A DNA stretch of 64,000 nt, from NCBI GenBank assembly GCA_963761335.1, contig CAVXGR010000005.1, positions 128,001 through 192,000 on the forward strand, in the 5' to 3' direction. The DNA is from an uncultured delta proteobacterium (lineage in GTDB: Bacteria; Desulfobacterota; Binatia; HRBIN30; BPIQ01). The first letter of the stretch is position 1. Each line of letters starts with the position of its first letter. The notes below the pieces were generated by a model that searched no databases, was not told where the DNA came from, and saw nothing but the letters and a program-made list of their open reading frames with translations. A program made the translations under genes and the position numbers. Positions 51,325-60,654 of the stretch are shown in pieces.

Positions 51325-53351
51325 ACCTGCAGCTGCGGGAAACGGTGCTCCTGCTGGTCGACCTGCAGAACGACTTTCTCGAGCGGGAGGGTCTGGTCCC
51401 CGATCCGCCGTCGCTCTGTGCGCGGGCGGCAAAGCTGCTCGGCGCGGCGCGGCGGCTGGGCATTGCCGTGGTTCACGCGCACACGCTCACTCGTGCCGAC
51501 GGCTCGGATCGGATGCCGCACTGGATTCGCAGCGGGACGAGCTGCTGCACCGAGGGAAGCCGCGGGGCGGAGACGCCGGCGGCTCTCGCGCCGCGCGCCG
51601 GCGAGCTCGTTCTCCGCAAGCAGTATTTCAGCGCCTTTGCAGATCCGCGGCTGGAGGCGTTTCTGCGCGCCAGCGAAGCGCGCCGCTTGATCGTCGCCGG
51701 CGTCTATCTCCACGGCTGCGTGCGCTCGACGGTGCTCGACGCCTACGAGCGCGGCTACGAGATCTGCGTCGTCGATGATGCCGTGGGGACCACGGATCCG
51801 CTGCACGGAGAGATCACCCGCCAATACCTGGCCGAGCGTGCCGCGTCGTTCCTCCCGCTCGACGAGGTGCTCGCCACTCTCGGCGCCGTGGTCGAGCCCG
51901 CACCCCCGACCCCGAAGATGCTTCCCGCGGCGGTGATCGCCGGTGCCCGGCGCGGCAGTGCCGGCCGCGCTGCGCTCATCCATTGCAACCCCTGCCGCCT
52001 CGACGAGGTGCTCGCCGCGGTGCCGCTCGGCTCTGCCGCCGAGGTCGAGGAGGCGGCGGGCGTTGCCGAGGGCGCGGGGCGGCGGTGGGCGCAGCGCAGC
52101 CCGGCGGCGCGCGCCGAGCTTCTCGATTGCTGGGCCGAGGTGCTGGAGTCGCGGCGCGACTCCTTCGCCGATCTCATCGTCCGCGAGCAGGGCAAGCCGC
52201 GCCGCTTCGCGGCGGAGGAGATCGGCCGTGCGGTTGCCCACGCGCGCATCGCCGCCGAGCTGGCGCGCGATCCGGCACTTGCTTCGACGCGTCTCGCCCC
52301 CGGCGTGGCGGCGGCGCAGCGACCCCTCGGCGTCGTCGGCCTGGTCACCCCGTGGAATAATCCGCTGGCGATTCCCGTGGGCAAGATCGCGCCGGCAATC
52401 GGCTTCGGCAATGCTGTGGTGCTCAAGCCGGCTCCGCAGGCATCGCTGCTCGCCCTGGAAATCCTCGCAAGCCTGGAGCACGCCGGCCTGCCGCCCGGGG
52501 TGGTGAACCTCGTCCTCGGCGACGGCCGGGCGGCCCGCGCCCTGTGTCGGGAATCGCGTGTCGCCGCCGTGGCCGCCACCGGGTCGGTGCGAACCGGCCG
52601 TGTGCTCGCGGGGCTCTGCGCCGCGTCGCTGAAGCCGCTCCAGGCGGAGCTCGGCGGCAACAATGCCACCATCGTCCTCGGCGACGCCGACCTGGAGGCG
52701 GAGATCGGCAATCTCATGCGCGCCGCCTTCGCCTTCGCCGGGCAGAGGTGCACCGCCACTCGCCGATTCATCGTCGAGCGCGAGATCGCCGCCCGCTTCG
52801 AGGCCCTGGCGCGGGAGGCCACCGAGTCGCTGGTGAACGGCGAGGCGGACGACCCGGCGACCGAGGTCGGGCCGCTGATCTCAGCGGAAGCGCGCGACAA
52901 CGCGATCATCGCCATCGAGCGCGGCACCGCCGCCGGGGCCCGGCTGCTCACCGGCGGCCGCGTGCCCCGCGGTCTGCAACACGGCGCCTGGTTGACACCG
53001 GCGCTGCTCGCCGACGTCGATCCGCGCAGCGCCCTCGCCCAGGAAGAGACCTTTGCCCCGATCGCCGTCATCCTGATCGCGGCCGATCTCGATGAGGCAC
53101 TGGACATCGCCAACGGTGTGCCGCAGGGATTGGTGATGGGCGCCCTGACTCGCGATCAGACGAAGCGCGACCACATTCGCGCCGCCGCCGCGGCAGGTAT
53201 CGTCCAGCTCCGCTCCGGCCCGCTGGCCGTGCACCCGCGTGCCCCGTTCAGCGGCTGGAAGGCTTCGGGGCTGGGACCACCGGAGCACGGCGTGTGGGAT
53301 GCGGCGTTCTACACGCGCACCCAGGCGGTGTACACCGACGAATCGTGTTGA
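51321..53351 (+). CDS. Isochorismatase (cysteine hydrolase)-aldehyde dehydrogenase fusion
   Basis: N-terminal VDLQNDF, KQYFSAF and GCVRST (D-K-C triad); C-terminal PWNNP, TGS, ELGG, GQRCTA and EETFAP. Confidence 0.9.
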   Translation: MNLQLRETVLLLVDLQNDFLEREGLVPDPPSLCARAAKLLGAARRLGIAVVHAHTLTRADGSDRMPHWIRSGTSCCTEGSRGAETPAALAPRAGELVLRKQYFSAFADPRLEAFLRASEARRLIVAGVYLHGCVRSTVLDAYERGYEICVVDDAVGTTDPLHGEITRQYLAERAASFLPLDEVLATLGAVVEPAPPTPKMLPAAVIAGARRGSAGRAALIHCNPCRLDEVLAAVPLGSAAEVEEAAGVAEGAGRRWAQRSPAARAELLDCWAEVLESRRDSFADLIVREQGKPRRFAAEEIGRAVAHARIAAELARDPALASTRLAPGVAAAQRPLGVVGLVTPWNNPLAIPVGKIAPAIGFGNAVVLKPAPQASLLALEILASLEHAGLPPGVVNLVLGDGRAARALCRESRVAAVAATGSVRTGRVLAGLCAASLKPLQAELGGNNATIVLGDADLEAEIGNLMRAAFAFAGQRCTATRRFIVEREIAARFEALAREATESLVNGEADDPATEVGPLISAEARDNAIIAIERGTAAGARLLTGGRVPRGLQHGAWLTPALLADVDPRSALAQEETFAPIAVILIAADLDEALDIANGVPQGLVMGALTRDQTKRDHIRAAAAAGIVQLRSGPLAVHPRAPFSGWKASGLGPPEHGVWDAAFYTRTQAVYTDESC

Positions 53352-54589
53352 CTGCCGAGCAACAGGAAACCCTCACCCGCGTCGGACCGCAGACTCCGAT
53401 GGGAGAGCTGTTGCGCCGCTACTGGTTCCCGGTGGTTGCCAGCTCCGAGCTGCCCGCCGGCACGGCGACGCCGGTGCGGCTTCTCGGCGAAGACCTCGCC
53501 CTCTTTCGCACCACCAGCGGAGCGATCGGTCTGATCGACGCGCCCTGTCCGCATCGCGGCGCCTCGCTCGCCTACGGCATCGTCGACGACTGTGCGGTTC
53601 GCTGCCCCTATCACGGCTGGCGCTTCGATGCCGGCGGGGCATGTCTGGAAATTCCCTCCCTCGGCGGCGACCCGGGGGTGCGGGCCCGGGCGCGCACCCG
53701 CGCCCATCGAGCCGAGGAGCTGGGCGGCCTGGTGTTCGCCTACCTCGGCCCGCCGCCGGCTCCGCTGCTGCCGCGCTACGATCTCTTCGTCTGGAACGGC
53801 GTGCTGCGCGACATCGGCCGGGCTCTGCTGCCGTGCAACTGGCTGCAGATCATGGAGAACAGCGTCGACCCGACCCATCTCGAATGGCTGCACGGTCATC
53901 ATCTCGCGGCGACGCGCGCCGCGGCCCAGCTGTCCGTGCCGGCGCACTACCGGCGCCGCCACGTCGAGATCGGCTTCGACGTCTTTCCGCACGGCATCCT
54001 CAAGCGCCGCGTGCTCGCCGGCGGCAGTCGCGACGACGACGACTGGCGCATCGGCCATCCGCTGGTGTTTCCCACCATGGTGCGTGTCGGCGCCGGCGGC
54101 CAGAACGTCTTGCAGATCCGCGTCCCCGTCGACGATACCCGCACGCTTCATTTCTGGTACTGCGTCTACGTGCCCAAGGAGGGAGTGGCGCCACCTGTCC
54201 AGAGCGAGGTGCCGGTGTACGAGGTGCCCTTCCGGGATGAGTGCGGTCGCTTCATCGTCGACTTCGTCGACGGCGGCGACATCATGACCTGGGTGACTCA
54301 GGGGCCGATCGCCGATCGCACCCGTGAGCTTCTGGTCGACAGCGATCGCGGCATCGTCCTCTTCCGGCGGCTGCTGTTCGAGCAGATCGAGCGTGTGCGG
54401 CGCGGCGAGGATCCCCTGGGGGTGCTGCGCACACCTGCGGAGAACGCCATCATCGATCTCCCCCAGGAGCGGGACAAGTACAGCAGAGGCGATGAGTTCC
54501 TCGCCGAATCGCTGCGTCTGAACCAAGTCCGCTACAGCCCCAGGCGCCGGCAGATCCTGGACCTCCTCGGGCTGCCCGACGAGAGCTGA
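53345..54589 (+). CDS. Rieske non-heme iron oxygenase (LigX/phthalate dioxygenase-like)
   Basis: LTRVGPQTPMGELLRRYW; Rieske CPH...CPYHGW; mononuclear Fe motif ENSVDPTHLEWLH. GTG start. Confidence 0.92.
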   Translation: MLTAEQQETLTRVGPQTPMGELLRRYWFPVVASSELPAGTATPVRLLGEDLALFRTTSGAIGLIDAPCPHRGASLAYGIVDDCAVRCPYHGWRFDAGGACLEIPSLGGDPGVRARARTRAHRAEELGGLVFAYLGPPPAPLLPRYDLFVWNGVLRDIGRALLPCNWLQIMENSVDPTHLEWLHGHHLAATRAAAQLSVPAHYRRRHVEIGFDVFPHGILKRRVLAGGSRDDDDWRIGHPLVFPTMVRVGAGGQNVLQIRVPVDDTRTLHFWYCVYVPKEGVAPPVQSEVPVYEVPFRDECGRFIVDFVDGGDIMTWVTQGPIADRTRELLVDSDRGIVLFRRLLFEQIERVRRGEDPLGVLRTPAENAIIDLPQERDKYSRGDEFLAESLRLNQVRYSPRRRQILDLLGLPDES

Positions 54590-54594
54590 CGGCG

Positions 54595-55743
54595 GTGCGC
54601 GTTCTCTGCCACGCCCAGCACCTATCGGGAGTGGGGCACTACGTCCGCATGCGGGCGATCGCGCGCGGGCTCGCCGGCGCCCACGAGGTTCACGTCGTCG
54701 AGGCCGGTCTGCCGATGCCGCTGTCGCACGGCGATTCAAAGCTGCACCGGTTGTCGCTACCGCCGCTCACCCGCGTCAAAGGCGAGATCGTCGCCGTCGC
54801 CGGCGGGATTGACCCCGAGGCCGTCCTGGCGCAGCGTGCCGCTCTGCTCGCGGACGCGACAAGGGACCTTCGCCCCGACGTCGTGCTCATCGACCATTAT
54901 CCCTTCAGCAAATGGGAGCTCGAGGCGGAGATGGAGGCCGTGATCGCGGCGGCGCGTTCGGTCAATCCGCGCGCCCGCGTCGTCTGCTCGCTGCGCGACG
55001 TGGCGCCGCAGACGCGCCACGAGCGCGTCGACCGCGGCGACTACGAGCGGCGCGTGCTGGCGACCCTGGGGGCTCGCTTCGACGCCGTGCTGGTGCATTC
55101 CGATCCCGTCTTCACTCGCCTCGATGAGCACTTCGGTCGCTCTGCGGAAATTCCAGTGCCGGTGCTCTACACCGGGTTCGTGGCCGGTGAGACGCCCGCG
55201 GCGGCGACGACGCCCGCACACGCCGTGCTGAGCTGCGGCGGTGGCGCCTGGAATCTCCCCTTCCTGCTGAACGCCGTGGAGGCCTTCCGCCAGATCGGGG
55301 TCGAGGCAACGGTAGGCATGCCCCTGCTCGTCTTTGCCGCGGCGTTCTCTACCGAGGATGACCTCGCGGCGCTGCGCCGCGCCGCTGCCGGCTGTCCGTT
55401 CCGCGTGCGCCGCTTCGCCGACGACTTCGAGTGCGCCCTTTCCGGGTGCGACCTGTCGATCAGCCGCGCCGGCTACAACACCTGCGTTGCCCTGCTCCGC
55501 TCGTGCCGACGCGCCGTGCTGGTGCCGGACCCGATCATGTCCGACCAGGCATTCCGCGCCGCGCGGCTCGAGGAGCTCGGCCTGGCGACGTGCGTCGCGG
55601 GCGACGGCGACGTCGCCGCCATCGCCGCGGCCATCCGCCAGGCGCTGGCGCGTCCGATACCGCAACACCAGCTCGACCTCGGCGGCGTGGCGCGGACCCG
55701 CTCGCTGCTGGAGGCCCTCGTCTCGCAACCTTTGTTGCAGTAG
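54595..55743 (+). CDS. GT-B glycosyltransferase (GT28/GT1-like)
   Basis: QHLSGVGH, PDVVLIDHYPF, SLRD, SRAGYNT and DQAFRA motifs. Confidence 0.85.
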   Translation: MRVLCHAQHLSGVGHYVRMRAIARGLAGAHEVHVVEAGLPMPLSHGDSKLHRLSLPPLTRVKGEIVAVAGGIDPEAVLAQRAALLADATRDLRPDVVLIDHYPFSKWELEAEMEAVIAAARSVNPRARVVCSLRDVAPQTRHERVDRGDYERRVLATLGARFDAVLVHSDPVFTRLDEHFGRSAEIPVPVLYTGFVAGETPAAATTPAHAVLSCGGGAWNLPFLLNAVEAFRQIGVEATVGMPLLVFAAAFSTEDDLAALRRAAAGCPFRVRRFADDFECALSGCDLSISRAGYNTCVALLRSCRRAVLVPDPIMSDQAFRAARLEELGLATCVAGDGDVAAIAAAIRQALARPIPQHQLDLGGVARTRSLLEALVSQPLLQ

Positions 55744-55789
55744 AAGTGGCGTCTCGCCGCTTCGAAAGCGCCGGGACGGCGTCTCTACT
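55739..55789. repeat. Family B hairpin between convergent genes
   Basis: AGTAGAAGTGGCGTCTCGCCGCTTCGAAAGCGCCGGGACGGCGTCTCTACT. Confidence 0.85.
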
Positions 55790-56882
55790 TTGAAGGCGAT
55801 GTTCTCACGCGCCCGCGGTGATGCACCGCGATGCGGAAGGGCAGCGAGGCGCCCCACCACAGGAGCCATGCCGCGGGGTTGGTATCGTACACGCGGGCGG
55901 ACCACATCTTGTTCCCGAGCCCCAGCGCGGTGGGGGCGAAGACCATCGGCCACGGCCCCGGACGTGTCGGTACGCGGCGCTCGGCATGGCGGGCGAGCGC
56001 CGCTGCGAGCCGCGGCGCCAGGTCGGCGGCGTCGGCGACCTCCAGGCACAGCGCCAGAATGTTTACCAGCGGGCCGCGTGTGCCGGTACGCCGTCCCGCT
56101 TCGAGTAGCTCGACCCAGTCGAGCTCGGCGTCGAGTGCGGCGGTGATCTGCACCAGATCGACGACGTTCTTGATCTTCGGGCCGCCCCTCTCCAGGTCGC
56201 GCAGCAGGGAGAGTGCCGCGAAGATGATCTCGTCCTCGTCGGCGAGGATTCCATAGCGCCGCCCGCCGATCGCGTACGACTGCGCCCGGCGCCAGAGCCC
56301 GGCATCGTCGAGCCGCAGCGACGGATGTCGGGAGAGGCGCCAGTGCAGGTCGAGGTTGGCGTCCCCGGCGACGAAGTCGAGACCGTGCACGAAGAACGCG
56401 GTGATGCGAGTGCCGCCGAGGGTCCGCGAGCGGCGCCTGTACCCCGCCTCGCCCAGCAGCCGGATGGCGTCCTCGCGTTCGGCCTGCGGGACGAGAATGT
56501 CCAGGTCCACGTACTCGCGGGCATCGACGGCGCCGTAGAATCGGTCGGCGAGATACGGTCCCTTGAGGAGAAGGAAGCGCCTGCCGGCGCGCTCGAAGCG
56601 CTCGGCGAGATCCTCCAGGGCCGCGAGGAGGACCCGGGAGCGGGAGGCTTCACGCCGGCAGCGCGGCTCGAGTGCGTCGAGGATCGCGTTCGAGCCGCGC
56701 TGCCGCAGCGGCGGATCCTGCAGCGCCCGCCGCAGCACAACCGAAACCCCGTGCGCCCCGGCCCACTCGGCCAGTGATGCGATCGGACGCTCGCGACCCG
56801 CGGCGCGCCGCGTCACCTGCTCGTGGTCGCGCCGCAGCAGACGGACGAGGAGCTGCACATCCTCCGCCGAGGGAACGGACAT
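55785..56882 (-). CDS. Nucleotidyltransferase family protein (NTP_transf_5-like)
   Basis: LLLKGPYLA..Y, REYVDLDILV and LDLHWRL motifs. Confidence 0.85.
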   Translation of the reverse strand: MSVPSAEDVQLLVRLLRRDHEQVTRRAAGRERPIASLAEWAGAHGVSVVLRRALQDPPLRQRGSNAILDALEPRCRREASRSRVLLAALEDLAERFERAGRRFLLLKGPYLADRFYGAVDAREYVDLDILVPQAEREDAIRLLGEAGYRRRSRTLGGTRITAFFVHGLDFVAGDANLDLHWRLSRHPSLRLDDAGLWRRAQSYAIGGRRYGILADEDEIIFAALSLLRDLERGGPKIKNVVDLVQITAALDAELDWVELLEAGRRTGTRGPLVNILALCLEVADAADLAPRLAAALARHAERRVPTRPGPWPMVFAPTALGLGNKMWSARVYDTNPAAWLLWWGASLPFRIAVHHRGRVRTSPSK

Positions 56883-56940
56883 CGTCCCGGTTCGAATATG
56901 CGGCTGTCACGGCGCGGTCAATACGAGCGGTTGGAAAACA

Positions 56941-57040
56941 AGTAGAAGCGCCGTCCCGGCGCTTCCGAAGCGGCGAGACGCCGCTTCTACTCGGCCCGCG
57001 GGCCGGCGGAATCGCTCTGCGCAGGTCTTGAGAAAGCCCG
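56941..57040. repeat. Family B repeat copy
   Basis: AGTAGAAGCGCCGTCCCGGCGCTTCCGAAGCGGCGAGACGCCGCTTCTACTCGGCCCGCG. Confidence 0.85.
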
Positions 57041-57093
57041 GGACGTTGGTTCCGTCGCTTGCCGTCGCCGGGCGGCTCGCGTACACCACCGGC

Positions 57094-58224
57094 GTGTCGG
57101 CGTGGCGCGCATACGGTTTCTTCGAGGTGGTGATCGGATGCGAGAGCGACTGCCCGGCGGCGATCGAGTGGCTCGACGAGTTCCTGCTGCCCGCGTTCGA
57201 TCGGCGCGAGTCTCGCGACTGCGATTTCCGTGTCGAGATCGGCACGGCCGCGGGCGAATACGATGAGCTCGCCGCCACCCGCCCGGCGGGCGACGTCCGC
57301 CGAGTGCCGTGCTTCGCACTCGACCAGAGAGTCGACTTTCATCCGAGCTGGACGGTGTCGGGGCTTCAGGTGATCGCCGACGACAAGTACGCGGCGCTCT
57401 ACGTCTTCGACGGACTGCGCCTGCGAATTCTGGCGCCGCCCGGATCGATCGCGGTGCGCGCCGCCGCCATGCGCGTGATCCGCGAGATCGCCGTGGCACG
57501 CGCCCTGTGCGACCCTCGCCTGGTCGTGTTGCATGCTGCCGCTCTCGAGATCGGCGGCGCCGCCCTGCTGATCGCGGGACCGAAGGGCTGCGGCAAGACG
57601 ACCGCTCTGGCGCATTCGTCGGTCAGCGCCAGGGCCCGCGTGCTGACCAACGACCGCGCCGTGCTCGCGTTCTCTCCGACTGGTATCGAAGTGCGCGCCG
57701 TGCCGACCTTCGTCACCATCCGCGGCGGGCCGTTTGCCCTGCTGGCCAGGCTCGCGCGCCGCACGCCGCGCGGCGTCTCGCCCGCGCATCTCCTGGCCGC
57801 GGAGCTCGAGGCGCTGCCGCTGCTCGACCCGGCCGCTGTCCCGGATGCCTACCACCTTTCGCCGGCGCAGTTTGCAAGCGCTCTCGGAGTCGAGCTGGCG
57901 CCGCGCGCCGAGCTTGCGGCGGTCGTCTTTCCCGAGATCGACGCCGATGCGGAGACGCTGGCGATCGAGGCGTTGGCGCCGGCAGCGGCGGAGCGTCGGT
58001 TGCGGGCGGCGCGCTTCGGCCTGGGCTCCGGCAAGGAAGGGCATACGGTGTTCGAGAACCTCGCCGGAGCCCGCCGCGATCCGGGTGCCGATGCCCAGCG
58101 TCTCGCCGAGCTTGCCGCCGCCACTCCGTGCTTCAGCCTGCGCCTCGGCTCGCGGGCCTATCAGAGCGCCGATGCCGGCGCGCGAATCGCCGCGCTGCTC
58201 GCCGAGGTGCGCCGGAGACGCTGA
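57094..58224 (+). CDS. HPr kinase-like P-loop kinase
   Basis: LHAAAL, GPKGCGKTT and LTNDR motifs; GTG start inferred. Confidence 0.78.
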   Translation: MSAWRAYGFFEVVIGCESDCPAAIEWLDEFLLPAFDRRESRDCDFRVEIGTAAGEYDELAATRPAGDVRRVPCFALDQRVDFHPSWTVSGLQVIADDKYAALYVFDGLRLRILAPPGSIAVRAAAMRVIREIAVARALCDPRLVVLHAAALEIGGAALLIAGPKGCGKTTALAHSSVSARARVLTNDRAVLAFSPTGIEVRAVPTFVTIRGGPFALLARLARRTPRGVSPAHLLAAELEALPLLDPAAVPDAYHLSPAQFASALGVELAPRAELAAVVFPEIDADAETLAIEALAPAAAERRLRAARFGLGSGKEGHTVFENLAGARRDPGADAQRLAELAAATPCFSLRLGSRAYQSADAGARIAALLAEVRRRR

Positions 58225-58226
58225 GG

Positions 58227-59105
58227 ATGAAGACGGCTGAGCGGCCGAGCGCCGCGCCGCATGCTGTTCTCGGCGAGGAGATCGCCAAGGCGCTCAGTGA
58301 TGCCGGCCTGGTGCCAGTCGAGGCCCTGCCGATGAGCGCGCTGTCCACCGCGGGCTCCCGCAAGGCGACCTTCCGCATCGCGCTCGCCGACGGCAGGCTT
58401 CTCAAGGTGCGCCGCGTGGCGCGCCCGGGCAAGGTATGGCGTGCGGCACGGCTGGTGCGCGCTCTCGCCCACCCACAGGTCACGCAGATGCGCTGCCTCG
58501 CCAACCGCATCGCCGTCGAGGAATGGGTCGAGGGAGCTCCGTTGAGCGCCCTGGCGCTCGACGAGCAGCGCGTCCACGGCGCCGCCGATCTTCTCGCGGC
58601 GCTGCACGCCACGGCGTCGATCGGGGAGCAGGCGGTGCTCGACAGCCGGCGGACGCACGCACTTCGGCGTCGCGCCGAGCGCCAGCTGCGCGGGCTGAAA
58701 GACGCGTCCCTGGTGACCGCCGCGGAAGGCGCCGCGCTGATCCGCATCCTGCGCGAGCGCGATCCGCAAGAAGCCGTCTTCGGCCTGATCCACAACGACT
58801 TCTGCGGAGAGAACATCATCGAGCAGAGCGATGGCCGCCTGGTTGCGATCGACAACGAGGGTGTGCGCCTCAGCTTTCTCGACTTCGATCTGGCGCGCAC
58901 CTGGTACCGCTGGGACCTGCCGGAGCCGCATTGGGCCCGCTTCGCTTCCCGTTACGCGCGGCACGGAAGAGTGCCGCCCGGTGAGCCGACCATCTTCTGG
59001 CGCATTGCGGCCGTGCTCAAGAGCGCTCACGTGCGCCTGGTTGCAGGGTCGCCGGACATCGATGTGCCGCTCAAGAAGCTGCGCCAGCTGGTGTCAAGCG
59101 CATGA
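58227..59105 (+). CDS. APH/choline-kinase-like phosphotransferase
   Basis: LLKVR, EEWVEG, LAALH, Brenner motif HNDFCGENII and IDNE. Confidence 0.85.
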   Translation: MKTAERPSAAPHAVLGEEIAKALSDAGLVPVEALPMSALSTAGSRKATFRIALADGRLLKVRRVARPGKVWRAARLVRALAHPQVTQMRCLANRIAVEEWVEGAPLSALALDEQRVHGAADLLAALHATASIGEQAVLDSRRTHALRRRAERQLRGLKDASLVTAAEGAALIRILRERDPQEAVFGLIHNDFCGENIIEQSDGRLVAIDNEGVRLSFLDFDLARTWYRWDLPEPHWARFASRYARHGRVPPGEPTIFWRIAAVLKSAHVRLVAGSPDIDVPLKKLRQLVSSA

Positions 59106-59149
59106 CCGGCGCACTCCGAGATGGCCGCGTCTATATTCATTGCCTCCCG

Positions 59150-60589
59150 TCACCCCCGGAGAAGCGCGACGACGTCGGCGTACGCATCGACCCGCGGCAG
59201 GGCCAGAGCGGCCCAGTAGGTCAGTGCGCCGGCGGCGATGTCGAGCCCGAGGCGCTGCAGCATTCCGAAATGGCCCGCCAGGTATGCGTCGGCCGTCAGG
59301 ACGACGGCGGTCATGGCGATGCCCGCGAAGAGCACCGGTCGCACGCGCACGAAGACGGTTGAGACGCGCAGGTCCACGAGGCGTGCGCCGACGGCGAGGG
59401 TCGGAACCGCGACCAGCAGGGCACTGGCGGTATAGCCGATGGCGACGCCTTCGATGCCCCAACAGGCCCCGGCGACGACGCCGACGAGAGTGGCGGCGCG
59501 CTGGATGGCGGTGAGGCGCAGCAGCAGGTCTGCCCGACCCTGCGAGAGATAGATGGCGGTCGCCATCGTGCTGATGCTTTGCACGAGGCTCGCCAGGCAG
59601 AGGACGCGCAGGAGCGGGATGGCGCCGCGCCACTGTGGTCCGAGAAGGCCGAGGATGAAGGGCGTGGCGGTGGCGAAGAGACCGAGGCACATGGGGACGG
59701 CGGCGACGGCGACCATGCCGGCGAGCTGCAGGAACAGCGCGCGTACCTCCGCAACCTCGCGCTGGAGCAACGCGAAAGAGGGGAACAGCGGACGCACGAT
59801 CGACTGGGTGACGTAGACAACCGGAAAGCGGATCAGGTTGTAGGCGCGGCTGTACAGGCCGATGGCGCTCGAGCCGAGCAGCTTGCCGACAATGAGCTGG
59901 TCGAGAGGTCGTCCCGAGGCGCCCACCGCGCGCGAGGCGAGGCGGTTGCGGCTGAAGGGAAACAGCTCGCGCAGCGCCGAGAGGCGAATCTCGAAGCGCG
60001 GCACCCAGGCGCAGATGGCGGCGTAGAGGATGCTGTTCAGTGCCGCCGAGACGAGGACGTCGGCGGCGAGGCTGAAGGCGCCGAAGCCGCGCCAGGCGAG
60101 GACGACGGCGCAGGTTCCGGCGGCGAGTGCCACGCCTCCCTGGAGCCAGGCGAGGGCGCGGAAGTCGAGCCGGCGCATGAGCAGCACGTGCGGTACGGTG
60201 CCCACGGCGTCGAGAAGAAAGAGGGCGGAGAGGATACGGGCGAGTGGCGCGAGCTCGTCGATGCCGTAGAAGGCGGCGATCCACGGCGCCGAGACCAGCA
60301 CGGCGATCGTCAGCACGGCCGCTGTGCCGAGCCCGAGCCAGAAGACCGAGGAGCGGTGCGCCTCGGTGAGATTCTCTTTTTGCGTCAGCGAGTCCGCGAA
60401 GCCGAGGTCGGCGATCAGATCGAGGTACTGAGTGAAGAAAGCGAGCATCGCCAGCAGGCCGAAGTCGCGCGGCGTCAGCAGGCGCGCCAGGGCGATGGCG
60501 AAAAGGGAGCGGATCACCTGCTCGACGAGGTCGCCCGAGACGCTCCACTTGATCGCCGACAGGGTTCGCCCGCGAAACTCTTCGCTCAC
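59150..60589 (-). CDS. Wzx/PST-family polysaccharide flippase
   Basis: LARLLTPRDFG, DLGF, RRLDFR, D.LIVGKLLG..AIGLYSRAY and LLGPQW; GTG start at 60589. Confidence 0.9.
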   Translation of the reverse strand: MSEEFRGRTLSAIKWSVSGDLVEQVIRSLFAIALARLLTPRDFGLLAMLAFFTQYLDLIADLGFADSLTQKENLTEAHRSSVFWLGLGTAAVLTIAVLVSAPWIAAFYGIDELAPLARILSALFLLDAVGTVPHVLLMRRLDFRALAWLQGGVALAAGTCAVVLAWRGFGAFSLAADVLVSAALNSILYAAICAWVPRFEIRLSALRELFPFSRNRLASRAVGASGRPLDQLIVGKLLGSSAIGLYSRAYNLIRFPVVYVTQSIVRPLFPSFALLQREVAEVRALFLQLAGMVAVAAVPMCLGLFATATPFILGLLGPQWRGAIPLLRVLCLASLVQSISTMATAIYLSQGRADLLLRLTAIQRAATLVGVVAGACWGIEGVAIGYTASALLVAVPTLAVGARLVDLRVSTVFVRVRPVLFAGIAMTAVVLTADAYLAGHFGMLQRLGLDIAAGALTYWAALALPRVDAYADVVALLRG

Positions 60590-60654
60590 CCCGCTTCGCC
60601 CCGGGGCGGCCGACGATGACGGGGAACGGCGCGCCGGATCACGACCTGTCGCGG

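Noticed and set aside
55785..59105. Lasso peptide gene cluster
   Set aside because: No asparagine-synthetase-like cyclase, B protein/RRE or precursor peptide was found in the window.
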